A stretch of 64,000 bases of DNA. It comes from Octopus sinensis (Eukaryota). How positions within the stretch are numbered: the stretch's first letter is position 1; each line of letters starts with the position of its first letter. The position numbers and the translations under genes are program-made. The notes beneath the pieces were generated by a model, which was given only the letters and a program-made list of their open reading frames with translations, had not been told where the DNA came from and searched no databases. Shown here one piece after another: positions 36,275-44,762 of this stretch. The stretch is taken from positions 117,738,001-117,802,000 of the forward strand of contig NC_042997.1 in assembly GCF_006345805.1 (NCBI RefSeq), read 5' to 3'.

Positions 36275-39200
36275 CGTTTAAAGTCTGTTTTCCATGCAGG
36301 CATGGGTTGGATGGTTGGAGTGGGGACTGGCAAGCCATGAGGCCACACCAGGCTCCAATCTGATCTGACACTGTTTCTACACCAGCGTTGGTTGTCAAGT
36401 GATGGTGGGTGGGAGGACAATGTTTCTATAGCTGGATGCCCTATCTAACGCCAACCACTCCGAGTGTAGTGGGTGCTTTTTTTGTGCCCACTACACTCTC
36501 AGAGTGGTTTGCGTTAGGAAGGGCATCCAGCTGTAGAAACATTGTAACCCCCACCCACCATCACTTGACAACCAACGCTGGTGTTTACATCCCTGTAACT
36601 TAGCAGTTCAGAAAAACGGACAGATAGAATAAGTACTAGACTTAAAAAGAATAAATCCTAGGGTAGATTTGTTCGACCAAAGGTGGTGCTCCAGCATGGC
36701 CACAGTCTAATGACTGAAACAAATAAAAGAACCACAAAAAAAAAAAAAAAAGAAAAAGAATACTAATCATAAATTGATGGTAGACAAATGAAATCTAGAT
36801 TGACAAATACTGAGGGTTGATACAAATGGGAAATTATGCAGAACCTTCCAACTCTTTACACTAGAACATAAGAAACATGGGTAAAGATAATTAAATAAAA
36901 CGAGGAGAGTGAAGAAACTAATTGAAAAACTTAATGAACTTACTGTGTATGAATTAATGTTCTTCAACTTGATATCTTCTTGTGACCAAAGCCGAGACAA
37001 GTCTTTACTAGTAACAGATGGGCGTATACCGGCCCCGTTTGTTAGGTTAGCATTCATAACATTGTTCATCTGGTTTGGTTTTGTCATGTTAGCCATTTGT
37101 GTTTTATTGACAGTAGTAGTCTGAGGACTAGGAGTTGTCACTGTCGTTTGCGTCACATTCTTCACAACGTTTGAAACGCTCGGCTTTATTTTATTTGATG
37201 TTATTGTGTTCACTTTGACATTGCTGCCCGTCAGCCCAAGCTGACTGAGGATTTGTAATGGTTTCCCGGAGTTAACCTCGGTGAGCAATGGACTGTTGCG
37301 CCCAGTGCTACTTGTTGTAGTGATGTAGATCTTCTGTCCAGCAAACGAGTTTGGTAAACCACTTTGCGAACCAACATTTTTAGGAGTTAGTGAGATTATT
37401 TTGCTGCCAGTCTGACTGATTGCGGTATTCTGAATGTAAGAATTATTAGCTCCAGTGATTTGCAATACTTGGCTATTCCCACCAGACGACTTAACAACAC
37501 GAATAACCTGAGAATTAGAGTTTGTAAGGCTGTGATTGGTTGGCTGTAAAACTACACGTGGTCTTATCTGAAACGAAGTAAAACAAAAATAATGTGTTAT
37601 GTCTTTTGAATTGTGCGAAAAGCATCACCCATTGGTGAAATTTCTTAGCAAGTCAAGACAAATTAATAGAACAATGTTTCAATCAATCAATAAATAAATA
37701 TCATTATTTTTTTTAAATATTTAATTCATAATTGTATTTTGTTGTCTAATTATTAGATTGTGCATTAAATATTTTATTCACTCTCAGACTTATCTTTGCA
37801 TTTTTAAAATTCTAAATGACCACAAAGTTGTTTTTTTATAACTTGTCATCCCCTGTAATCTGTTTTATATATATTTATTGTTTAGCATATGTGTGTGAGA
37901 GAGGAAGAGAGACAGACACACATAATTCTACATCTGTTTTCCATGCTAGCATGGGTCAGCCAGGTTGCCAAGTCAATTTTTATTCAGCATCACTGTCCTC
38001 CTAGACAGGTTAGATAGAAAGCCAAGTTTCATTCGGATGTCTCATTTTGGTGATATCCTTACATATACACACATGCAGTGCAGTGTGTGCATAATGCAAG
38101 GATACTAACATCAAAAATTATAATTCTAACTCCAGACTATTTTCGGAATCATATAATAGATAGCATGGAAAACAGACATTAAATGATGATGATGAGGAGG
38201 ATTTCTCAAAGAAAAAAAAGGAGAATGAGAATTCAGAAAACAATTACACGAAAAAGCCTTTCAATAGTCAGTATCAATATATTTGAAAAGTAATACAAGA
38301 CAGTCATCTATTGAACAAGTTTACCAACAACAGTGTTTTTCTGAAAATCATTTTTGCACCATTTTTGGATATTGTGATATTATATGTTGAAAGCTGAAAC
38401 AAATTATGGAAGATTCATTTTTGCCATCTAAAAACACCAAAATATGACTCAATTTTCACTTTTACATTAATTTCTATCACTACTGACACAGCCTACATAG
38501 CAATCATTATCATTTTTAACATCCACTTTTCCATGCTTACATGAATCAGATGAAGCTGACTGGAGGCAGATTTTCTGTGGCCGGATGCCCTTCCTGGTGC
38601 TAATCCTCAATTGTTTCCAATCAAGGTGATATGTCCCCTATAGCCAGACAGGTTCTCTAAGAACATTGGAAATGAAAGACATTGCTTGTATGACTGTGAA
38701 GCTAATCTACAACTATCACACAATGCCAAAACAAGGACGGACACACACATAGGCTTCTTCCATTTCCATTTACCAAATCCACTCAGGTGGCTTTCATTGG
38801 CCCAGGGCTAGTGTAGAAGACACCTGCCTAAGGAACCACACAGGAACTGAACCTAGACACCTCAAAAAATAACTGGAAATGGAATTTAAAAGATTCTATG
38901 TTTTTTAGATGGCTAAAATGGCTCTACTTCTACATAACTGCTTCACTTTATATACAATAGTCTCTACTAAAACAAAATCGAAGAGAGAAGGAACAAATAC
39001 AGTAAAATCCAAACAATACTTACTTGATTGGATGCTATTATTTTTGGTTGAGGTATCGTCACTGGCGCTTGTGTCGTGACTGATGAATAGATATTACTCT
39101 GACTTCCATCAATGTAACCATTTACAGCAGTTGCAACAGGTTGCTATAAAATACAGAAAAAGCATTTCAGTTTAAGGTATCTAAAATATTACAGAAGTGG

Positions 39201-42200
39201 GTGGCGTTCTAAATATGACAGGGAATATAGTTCAATATATAGCTTTCATTTTTTATTTGTTCGATGCCAGTGCTGCCTGACTGGCACATAAAAAGCACCA
39301 GTCAAGTGTGGTCAATCCCAGTGCCGCTAGAGGGCTCCCGTGCTGGTGGCACATTAAAAAGCACCCACCACACTCTCGGAATGGTTGGCATTAGGAAGGG
39401 CATCCAGATGTAGAAACACTGCCAGATTAGCTTGGAGCCTGGCACAGCCTCCTGGCTCGCCAGCCCTCAGTCAAACCGTCCAGTAATGGAAATACAGACA
39501 TTAAACGATGATGATTCATTGGACCGGGACCATGCTGGAGCATTGCCATGAAGGACTTAAACAAATTGACCCCAGGACATCATTTCTATTTTTTTAAAGT
39601 CTGGTACTTATTCTACCAGTCTCTTTTATTGTAGTGCTAAGTTATAGGAATAAACACACACCCACAAGCTTCCTCAGTTTCCATCAATGAAATTCACTCA
39701 CAAACCACTGGTCTGCCTTGAGTTATAGTAAAAGGCATTTGCCCAAGATGTTGCACAATGGAATTGAACCCAAAACCACATTGTTGCAGTCAAGTAAGCT
39801 TCTTAACCACACAGCCATGCCTGCCAAAAACTTATCAATACATGTTTTCTAACACGTTCTTCATAGTGATATAGCTTTACAGACTATTTCCTCATTTTAG
39901 ATGTGCCATGGACAGTATTCTGGTAAGTACAGTTACCAGTTGTCTTCAGGTGAAATGAAGGTCACAGTTCTCAGACTAACTCGGGAATATCACCTGGGAA
40001 GACATGGCTCAGGACATAGGTTTGGCATTGTTTAAAAAGTTCATTTGAAAACGTGATTTCATGTTCAATCCAACAAGGCCAGACAAGATTTCCCAGAAGA
40101 TTAGAAATGAATGACACTTCTTGTACAACTGCAAAACCGGTTTACAACTATCACACAATGTCAAGGCAAAGATACACAGTGTCAAGGCAAGTACACACAC
40201 ATACACAATAGGCTTTCAGTTTCCATCTACTAAATCGATTCACATGGCTTTGATTGAGCCGGGGCTACACTAAGACACTTGCCAAAGGTGCCATGCAGTG
40301 GGACTGAACTCAAAATCACATGGTTGAGAAGTGAAATTTTTAATCTCACAATTATGTGTGTACCCCCAGATGAATATATACTCTTTCTTTTATGTATACC
40401 AGTGGTTCTCAACCATGGTCTATATGGCTCTTGGAGGTCTATACAAGATTTTGTTAAAATTTGTGTAATATACAAAATATCCTTATTTTTTATGCAATTC
40501 CTAATATTTAACCCTTTAGCATTTAAACTGGCCAAATCCAGCCCAAATGTTCTACCTGCTTTATGTTGAAACTGGCCAGATCCAGCCTCTCTCACCTACA
40601 CTACAAGGTTACTCTGAAAATATGATCACATCTTCAAAATCTTGAAGCTACAAGATGATAAATGATTAATTTTTTTAAATGTGGATAATTATCATCATCA
40701 TCATTCAACGTCCGTTGTCCATCCTTGCATGGGTTGGACAGTTTGATTGGGATGACATGTTTGAAGGCTGCAACAGACCCCAGTCTGATTTGGCATGGTT
40801 TTCTACAGCTTGATGCCCTTCCTAATGCCAACCACTCTGAGAGTGTAATGGGTGCTTTTACATGCCACTGGTACAGGTGCCATTTGCATGACACCCAGGT
40901 TTCGTTTACATGCCACTGACACTGGTGCCAATTTGTGTGACACCGGTATTTCCCATGGCTGTGATTTTGCTCAGCTTGATGGGTCTTCTCAAGCATGACA
41001 TAATGCCAAAGGTCTCAGTCATTGCCTTACATTTGATAAATTAATCTGAATGCTAAAAGGGTTGATTATAAAAATATAATTGGTTATGAAGGTCCAGCTG
41101 AGTAATATAGGAACCAAAGGGGTCCATAGGTTAAAAATGGTTTAAGGACCACTGATGTAGATGAAATACATGCATCATTATTGCACTACAATGCAAGAAC
41201 ACACTGCAATAACAACCATTATGAAAATTCTGAAAACAAGTACTTTTATCATATATAAGATTGGACTTAGAAAAACAAAATCAGATAATGAAACAGATGC
41301 TTGCAACAACACAAAACAGCTCATCCCCAAAAGTTCAATACAGAGTATAGTATTAACTCTTTCCCATACATGCGAGTTTACCAATTATTAAACTCAGCGG
41401 CAACGAGCACAAAATTGTCTTTCTTGGGCTGACTACCTGATAGTAGTAATATCACATAACTTTGTGATAGAATCTATAGACTTTGGATATCATCATCATT
41501 GTTTAACATCCATTTTCCATGCTGGTATGGGTTGGACAGTTTGACTGAGGTCTGGAGAGCCAGCAGCTGCACCAGGCTCCAATCTGATCTGGCAGTATTT
41601 CTACAGCTGAATGCCCTTCCAAATGCCAACCACTTTGAGAGTGTAGTGGGTGCTTTTTATGTGCCACCAGCACAGGGGTCAGGCAGGCAGGCCTGGCATC
41701 GATCACATTCAGATAGTGCTTTTTATGTGCCATCAGTATGGGAGCCAGTCAGAGGGTACTGGCATCAGCCAGGTTCAGATGGTGCCTTTCTCATGCCACC
41801 AGCACAGGGGCCAGTCAGACGATCCTAGCATTGATCGCATTTGGATAGTGCTTTCTATGTGCCACCGGCAACGGGAACCAGTCAGAGGGTACTGGCATTA
41901 GCCATTAACCAATATTAAAAAAGAAACTAAAATGAAAACATTCCAAAAATATTGAATTAAATAACTCATAACTGTAGAACTGGAAGCAGAGTTAAAATAA
42001 TAGTATGTAAATATTGGGATGACAAATGATTTTGGATAGGAAAAGTCAAAAGATGCCCACTGGAACTTGAACCCATATCCTCTACAAACAGGACAGACAT
42101 TCTACCATTGGATTAAAGTAATCCTTTGAATGCATCTATTTTAGAAACTTTCTTCTTACTAATGAGAATTGTACATTGCTTATGTTGTGAGAATTTGGAA

Positions 42201-42748
42201 ACTTTGAAAGATTGTGAAATAATCTGTTTTTAATGGTGTAGATAAAGCTTTAACCCTTTCGTTACTGAAGATGCTCTGTGTTTCTTTCAATTACTTTAAA
42301 TATAACAAAAGAATCTAGTAAAATAACTTAGTTATCATTAAGCTAGTGTTAGGAACATAAACTGGGACTAAGGTTTAGTGGAAGATTTTAATTCAGAACT
42401 TTTGAAAACGACATTTGTACTCAGAGCCAAAGTTGGTAACGAAAGGGTTAAATAATAGCAAGTAAGTATTAAGTTGAAAATCCCCTTTGGACAAAGACCG
42501 TTTGTGGGATTTGAACCCACAACTTCTGTGAAGGTGACAGATGATTTACCATTGAACCAAAGTAATCCTTAAGCAGTATAGACCTGATAGAAATATACTT
42601 AACACACACACACATTCATACTTACAGTAACAGGCTGTACATCAACAAGGTTGTCATTCAGGGTAAACAAGTCATCAGATTCATCAAAAGCAGTAAGATC
42701 TCCAATTCCAGATTCATCCAAAGCAGCAGACAAAAGGTCTTTTGTAAC
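33..42748 (-). CDS. SBNO1: Protein strawberry notch homolog (SBNO1/sno-like), partial; 19 exons joined, start exon and 3' end not in the reconstruction
   Basis: Spliced translation gives [12 protein letters not shown]...[19 protein letters not shown]...[20 protein letters not shown]...[12 protein letters not shown]...YASATGASEP...[12 protein letters not shown]...[16 protein letters not shown]...[30 protein letters not shown]...[14 protein letters not shown], which are the Sno family P-loop/DExH-like and helicase-C-like signatures as I recall them. All introns are GT-AG and phase-compatible. Confidence 0.96.
374..590 (+). repeat. Third SINE-like repeat (tRNA-like head, ttgagcaaaacacttcat core, cctgcaatggaccggcatc motif)
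   Basis: Motif order resembles CORE/V-domain SINEs; single decayed copy. Confidence 0.45.
622..1490 (-). repeat. Four tandem copies of a second tRNA-derived SINE (about 220 bp; gagttcaaattccgccgaggtcgactttgcctttcatcctttcggggtcgataaa...)
   Basis: Units at about 622-850, 853-1060, 1075-1285 and 1290-1490. Dispersed copies at about 8150-8350, 8900-9125, 11250-11460, 19480-19690, 54725-54900(+) and 59890-60110. Confidence 0.8.
1637..1768 (-). CDS. SBNO1: SBNO1 exon R: [44 protein letters not shown]
   Basis: ttttcag|ATG acceptor, AAG|gtatga donor, 132 nt. Confidence 0.96.
2031..2118 (-). ncRNA. Candidate intronic box C/D snoRNA
   Basis: ATGATGG (C-like, 1 mismatch) ... GGAGCTGGAATT (12-nt complement of 18S AAUUCCAGCUCC) CA CTGA (D') ... 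ATGTGGA ... CTGA (D); about 80 nt on the host strand; weak terminal stem. Confidence 0.3.
3017..3156 (-). CDS. SBNO1: SBNO1 exon Q: (I)[46 protein letters not shown]
   Basis: attgcag|TT acceptor, GAA|gtaagt donor, 140 nt. Confidence 0.96.
3214..3575. mobile_element. Helentron/DINE-like non-autonomous element (decayed)
   Basis: 5' acaagag...aacctctaccaagg and 3' tttcatccaaatccatccagcggttcttgagatatc...gacagacaaacaaacg...aatacctctgcc; this layout is recalled from HINE/DINE-1-like repeats. Confidence 0.4.
4289..4504 (-). CDS. SBNO1: SBNO1 exon P: (D)[54 protein letters not shown]...FNNT; basic NLS-like and acidic tracts
   Basis: ttcctag|AT acceptor, A|gtaagt donor, 216 nt, phase 1/1. Confidence 0.9.
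5273..5551. repeat. Fold-back inverted duplication of an RTE 3'-UTR end plus its unique flank
   Basis: Arms 5273-5398 / 5416-5551, 17-nt spacer, (TA)n tracts outside both arms. Confidence 0.9.
5885..6043 (-). CDS. SBNO1: SBNO1 exon O: (G)[52 protein letters not shown]
   Basis: atttcag|GG acceptor, G|gtaaga donor, 159 nt; conserved DDFNPF motif. Confidence 0.92.
9177..9322 (-). CDS. SBNO1: SBNO1 exon N: [48 protein letters not shown]
   Basis: tatttcag|A acceptor, G|gtatta donor, 146 nt; not in the ORF track, found by reading the minus strand. Confidence 0.93.
9743..10368. mobile_element. hAT-type MITE with a nested RTE-tail element
   Basis: TIR CAGGGGTTCTCAACC / revcomp CAAGGGTTCTCAGCC; 8-bp TSD ccttaatc / tcttaatc. 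The insert at about 9893-10203 ends in ggcattgaggtagatccggccaccc...ggatgatgat, shared with the 28196-28640 LINE tail. Confidence 0.82.
10410..10641. repeat. Perfect inverted repeat (102/105-bp arms, 25-nt spacer)
   Basis: 10410-10511 is the reverse complement of 10537-10641 except for T10 versus A13 homopolymer length. Confidence 0.95.
10900..11089. repeat. AT-rich near-perfect palindrome (MITE-like)
   Basis: atataaaatataaattagagataaaaccactattatgcaattcaaacaatgatagacat is mirrored at 11024-11084. Confidence 0.88.
11533..11630 (-). CDS. SBNO1: SBNO1 exon M: [32 protein letters not shown](K)
   Basis: gtgcag|TGT acceptor, AA|gtaaga donor, 98 nt; the upstream intron is only 125 nt. Confidence 0.96.
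11756..11938 (-). CDS. SBNO1: SBNO1 exon L: [61 protein letters not shown]
   Basis: gattttag|TGG acceptor, AAG|gtaatt donor, 183 nt. Confidence 0.96.
14618..14771 (-). CDS. SBNO1: SBNO1 exon K: [51 protein letters not shown]
   Basis: tttctag|T acceptor, TTG|gtgagt donor, 154 nt. Confidence 0.96.
15051..15156 (-). CDS. SBNO1: SBNO1 exon J: (G)[34 protein letters not shown](R)
   Basis: accctag|GT acceptor, CG|gtaggt donor, 106 nt. Confidence 0.96.
16839..18110 (+). mobile_element. Full-length (1272 bp) decayed mariner (DD34D) DNA transposon
   Basis: TIRs TCAGGTCATTCCATAAGTTCTGTCC-GATT versus revcomp TCAGGTCATCCCATAAGTTCTGTCCAGATT; TA at 16837-38 and 18111-12. Confidence 0.95.
17022..18035 (+). 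pseudogene. Mariner transposase pseudogene
   Basis: MEVSKEH..., HTH region, [31 protein letters not shown]. The second and third Asp are 106 nt apart (34-residue spacing plus a 1-nt frameshift). Several stops and frameshifts. Confidence 0.93.
18537..18672 (-). CDS. SBNO1: SBNO1 exon I: [45 protein letters not shown], DExH motif
   Basis: ttcttag|ATT acceptor, G|gtaagt donor, 136 nt. Confidence 0.96.
18673..19784 (-). other. U12-type (minor spliceosome) GT-AG intron of SBNO1
   Basis: 5' site GTATCCTTTT (19784-19775) lies exactly at the exon H end; branch point TTTCCTTAAC (18695-18686) lies about 13 nt from the AG, with no long pyrimidine tract. Confidence 0.92.
19785..19946 (-). CDS. SBNO1: SBNO1 exon H: [54 protein letters not shown]
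   Basis: tttttag|TTC acceptor, GTT|gtatcctttt (U12-type) donor, 162 nt. Confidence 0.96.
21314..21404 (-). CDS. SBNO1: SBNO1 exon G: [30 protein letters not shown]
   Basis: attaacag|G acceptor, AAG|gtaaat donor, 91 nt. Confidence 0.96.
21543..21627 (-). CDS. SBNO1: SBNO1 exon F: (G)[27 protein letters not shown](W), P-loop
   Basis: ttttcag|GT acceptor, TG|gtatgt donor, 85 nt. Confidence 0.96.
21730..22200 (-). repeat. tRNA-derived CORE-like SINE with an internal TA/CA microsatellite
   Basis: Head gtgtggtaag..ggttcagcccca (A/B-box-like), core cttgggcaagt, tail tgactgaaacaagtaaaag. Other copies at about 12480-12860(+), 19120-19460(-), 36060-36735(+), 44230-44900(-), 45250-45630(+), 50190-50570(-), 51260-51750(-), 61450-61800(-), 63555-63710(+). 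Family naming is from memory of octopus tRNA-derived SINEs. Confidence 0.8.
22780..23070 (-). mobile_element. RT fragment of the 52725-type RTE LINE
   Basis: Minus strand [22 protein letters not shown] (YADD at about 22940-22951), heavily decayed. Confidence 0.7.
24335..24544 (-). CDS. SBNO1: SBNO1 exon E: (L)[22 protein letters not shown]...[16 protein letters not shown]...GFLI
   Basis: cttgtag|TA acceptor, G|gtatgt donor, 210 nt, phase 1/1. Confidence 0.96.
24702..24867 (-). CDS. SBNO1: SBNO1 exon D: [14 protein letters not shown]13[29 protein letters not shown]
   Basis: ttgatag|GCT acceptor, T|gtatgt donor, 166 nt; conserved acidic run plus ETYxEYMP motif. Confidence 0.92.
24958..25677. 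mobile_element. hAT-type MITE (same family) with a nested RTE 3'-UTR copy at about 25095-25490
   Basis: CAGGGGTTCTCAACC ... GGTTGAGAATCACTG; degenerate 8-bp TSD atctaagg / aactaagc. Confidence 0.75.
28196..28640 (-). mobile_element. RTE-clade LINE 3' fragment
   Basis: Minus strand: [20 protein letters not shown]...[29 protein letters not shown], followed by a tail ending ggatgatgatg. Confidence 0.82.
28962..29181. mobile_element. TTAA-flanked MITE, family 2 (CCCTTTAGCATT ends)
   Basis: TTAA|CTCTTTAG...CTAAAGAG|TTAA. Relatives at 40512-41061, 43739-44084 and 57683-58048 (each interrupted by an RTE 3'-UTR copy) and a fragment at about 10374. Confidence 0.75.
30650..30960 (-). pseudogene. Possible Tc1/mariner-superfamily (maT-like) transposase C-terminal relic
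   Basis: [11 protein letters not shown] ... KAMYTTH ... QRLNGVSEG loosely resembles FWPPSSPDL ... RLEAVIEAEG; very decayed. Confidence 0.35.
31412..32492 (+). mobile_element. RTE-clade LINE, 5'-truncated with inverted 5' segment and internal deletion
   Basis: Minus 31658->31412: [28 protein letters not shown]...[16 protein letters not shown]...LCVAFIDY. Plus from 31655: YKKAFDSV...[13 protein letters not shown]...LRFADDIVL...RWAGHV...[10 protein letters not shown]...stop 32465. Tail is (GGTCAA)n-like. Confidence 0.93.
32664..32750 (+). ncRNA. Type I hammerhead ribozyme, degenerate (A10.1.C11.1 opposition, U16.1->C)
   Basis: GCGG-CUGAAGA-A-GGCUUU...AAAGCC-C-GAAAC-AUAU-G-C-A-CCGC: core motifs in order, 6-bp stem II plus UGAAC/GUUCA extension, 4-bp stem I. 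Confidence 0.7.
33632..33938 (+). repeat. Young copy of the RTE 3'-UTR/SINE-like repeat (gtggttggcgttaggaagggcatccagctgtagaaac...ggacgttaaacgatgatg)
   Basis: About 25 copies in both orientations, e.g. 6341-6780(-), 12990-13397(+), 13860-14185(+), 15625-15950(-), 23140-23466(+), 23945-24106(+), 29668-29990(-), 35280-35572(+), 39260-39515(+), 41491-41900(-), 46555-46840(-), 47010-47452(+), 47775-47968(+), 48690-48960(+), 57705-57856(+). Confidence 0.9.
34882..35104. repeat. Degenerate palindromic MITE-like element
   Basis: ttataagccatcacc..cattgactaaggtaaatagtttaatattggagtatataagccctc..gtagggtttgc is mirrored on the right side. Confidence 0.7.
36379..36584. repeat. Fold-back inverted duplication across a CORE-SINE / RTE-UTR junction
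   Basis: Arms 36379-36473 / 36487-36584, roughly 90% identical, 13-nt spacer. Confidence 0.88.
36944..37567 (-). CDS. SBNO1: SBNO1 exon C, 208 aa S/T/N/Q-rich (IRPRVVLQP...[22 protein letters not shown])
   Basis: gtttcag|ATA acceptor, ACA|gtaagt donor, 624 nt without stops, overlaps ORF 36767..37465. Confidence 0.85.
39024..39143 (-). CDS. SBNO1: SBNO1 exon B: [40 protein letters not shown]
   Basis: ttttatag|CAA acceptor, CAA|gtaagt donor, 120 nt open frame, phase 0/0. Confidence 0.75.
40400..41154. mobile_element. hAT-type MITE containing a TTAA MITE that contains an RTE 3'-UTR copy
   Basis: CAGTGGTTCTCAACC ... GGTTTAAGGACCACTG; TSD atgtatac / atgtagat (6/8). Confidence 0.65.
42254..42447. 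mobile_element. piggyBac-type MITE (CCCTTTCGTTAC family)
   Basis: TTAA TSD on both sides, 12-bp TIR, 194 bp. Confidence 0.88.
42496..42567 (-). pseudogene. tRNA-like relic (tRNA-Trp-like frame) or tRNA-derived SINE head
   Basis: D arm GGTT/AATC, anticodon stem TCTGT/ACAGA with a non-canonical loop, T arm GTGGG-TTCAAAT-CCCAC, broken acceptor stem. A more decayed twin lies at about 42052-42124. Confidence 0.45.
42626..42748 (-). CDS. SBNO1: SBNO1 exon A (first identified coding exon): [41 protein letters not shown]
   Basis: tttaacag|GTT acceptor, ACT|gtaagt donor, 123 nt, phase 0/0; resembles the conserved SBNO N-terminal 'DLL.AAL.ESG' motif. Confidence 0.85.
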
Positions 42749-42940
42749 CTGTTAAATAGAAGTGGTTTAAACTATTAATTACAACAAGCAAAATCATACT
42801 ATAACAATAATAAGGTACAGTTTATTAAAGCTAAGAAACAATTGAGGTTGGCAAAATTACAAAAAGTACTGCATTTGATTGTATAAAAGACACAGCCAAA
42901 TTCCAGCAGTGCATACACAAACAAGTTTTTAGTGCATTAA

Positions 42941-43161
42941 CCCTTTCGTTACCGTATTTATTTTGAGATGCTCTGTGTTTCTTTCAATTGCTTTAAATAT
43001 AACAAAGAATTTAGTAAAATAACTTAGTCATCATTAAACTAGTGTTAGGAACATCAATTGTGACTAAGGTTTGGTGGAAAATTTTAATTCAAAACTTATG
43101 AAAACAAGACATTTGTACTACAGAGCCACAGCCAGTTTCAGTCGGGTTGGTAACAAAAGGG
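42941..43161. mobile_element. piggyBac-type MITE (CCCTTTCGTTAC family)
   Basis: TTAA TSD on both sides, TIR with one mismatch, body nearly identical to 42254-42447. Older relatives at about 55865-56105, 56404-56600 and 61114-61316. Confidence 0.88.
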
Positions 43162-43804
43162 TTAAAGCTTACAGGAGGCCCAACTTCATATGTAGGACCT
43201 GGGGCGAGGTTTTTAAGGCATTTTTCTTTAATTGCGTGTTTTATATGAGAGCTGATCAAAAAAGTACAGACCTTAAACTCTGTCCTGCATGCACACTAAG
43301 TTATGGCATTCCTGCTCACTTCTGTTATTTGTAGCAGTGCTTGGGAGTAAAGTGTGTGAAGTGTGGTCGTCTAACCACATCACAGAAGAGTGATCATGGC
43401 AGAGAAAATGTTTGTAAGTGTGTGAGTGCATGCATAGAAAAGAGACACAGCTTGAAGGTTATTATGGTCAAGAATCTTTCCAAAAATCAAATCCCACTTG
43501 AAAGGAACAAGATTAAAACATCAGGGAAATCCACGCAAATGCAATGAGGCAGCTTCTTGCTATCCCCAAAAAAAGGAGTTCTGGGAATGCTTCAATCAAT
43601 GTTAGATAAAGTGTGTGGCTTCAGAAAGGGACAACTTTAAAGGAGATTAAATGACAATGTGTTGTAGCTTGTGTTTTTTGGGGGGTTTTTTGTAGCACCA
43701 GTCCCAATACTTTTTGATCAGATTTCATATGCCATTAACCCTTTAGCATTCAGATTTTTGTCAAATTCAAGGCTTATCTATTCTGAGAATAGAGCTTCAG
43801 GATT

Positions 43805-43930
43805 TCAATGATGCTAGTACAGCCTTCTGGCTTGCCAGTCCTCAGTCAAACCGTCCAACCCATGCCATCAATGATGCTAGTGCAGCCTTCTGGCTTGCCA
43901 GTCCTCAGTCAAACCGTCCAACCCATGCCA
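43805..43930 (+). repeat. 63-bp tandem duplication (1 mismatch)
   Basis: 43805-43867 and 43868-43930; spans the MITE/RTE-UTR junction. Confidence 0.9.
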
Positions 43931-44484
43931 GCATGGAAAGCAGACATTAAATGATGATGACAGTGACGACTAATTATTTCTAGAATGACACTGTAAGCTA
44001 GATATGGAAACTGCATCGCTCCAGTATGGACATCTAACAAGTATACTGTATTGGCTGGATACGGCTGGTTTAAATGCTAAAGGATTAAACATAGTAATTA
44101 ATGCAAAAAAGCCCCAGTTACAACAAAGGTCCTAATCCATCTGAAGAGACCCATAAATGAAATAAGAAAATTGAAAAATGAATCTAATTTTGGTATGATT
44201 CAACATAATTTTTTCTATAGCCTAAACGATACAGCATATTCTCTGGCCATACTTTCTTTTTATCTTTTATTTTAGGCAATTTGACTGCAGCCATGCTGGG
44301 GCACCACTTTGAATTTTTAATCAAATGAACCGACCTCAGTACTTTTTTTATCTTTATTTTAAGCCTGTTACTCATTCTATCAGTCACTTTTGCCAAACCA
44401 CTAAGTCTCAGAGGTGTAAACAAACCAACACCAGTTGTCAAGTGACAGCAGGGGACAATCACAGACACACACATATATAGATGT

Positions 44485-44762
44485 GTGTGCATGTATGTGT
44501 GTATATATATATATACATTATATATATATATACACACATACATACATACATTATATATATATATATATATACATACATATATACATACACACATACATAC
44601 ATACATTATATATATATATATATACATACATATATACATACATTATATATACATATATACATACATTATATATACATATATACATACATTATATATACAT
44701 ATATACATACATTATATATATATATATACATATATACATATACATACATACATACATATACT
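44485..44762. repeat. Compound (TA)/(TACA) micro/minisatellite inside a CORE-like SINE
   Basis: Repeated tatatacatacatta-type units; the source of the YI/HT-repeat ORFs. Confidence 0.95.

Noticed and set aside
36909-37124. Plus-strand 71-aa ORF
   Set aside because: Antisense shadow of SBNO1 exon C.
41650-41900. Regularly spaced about 25-nt repeats with variable spacers (CRISPR-like look)
   Set aside because: Eukaryotic intron, degenerate repeats, related spacers and no cas genes; they are sub-repeats of the LINE 3' UTR.
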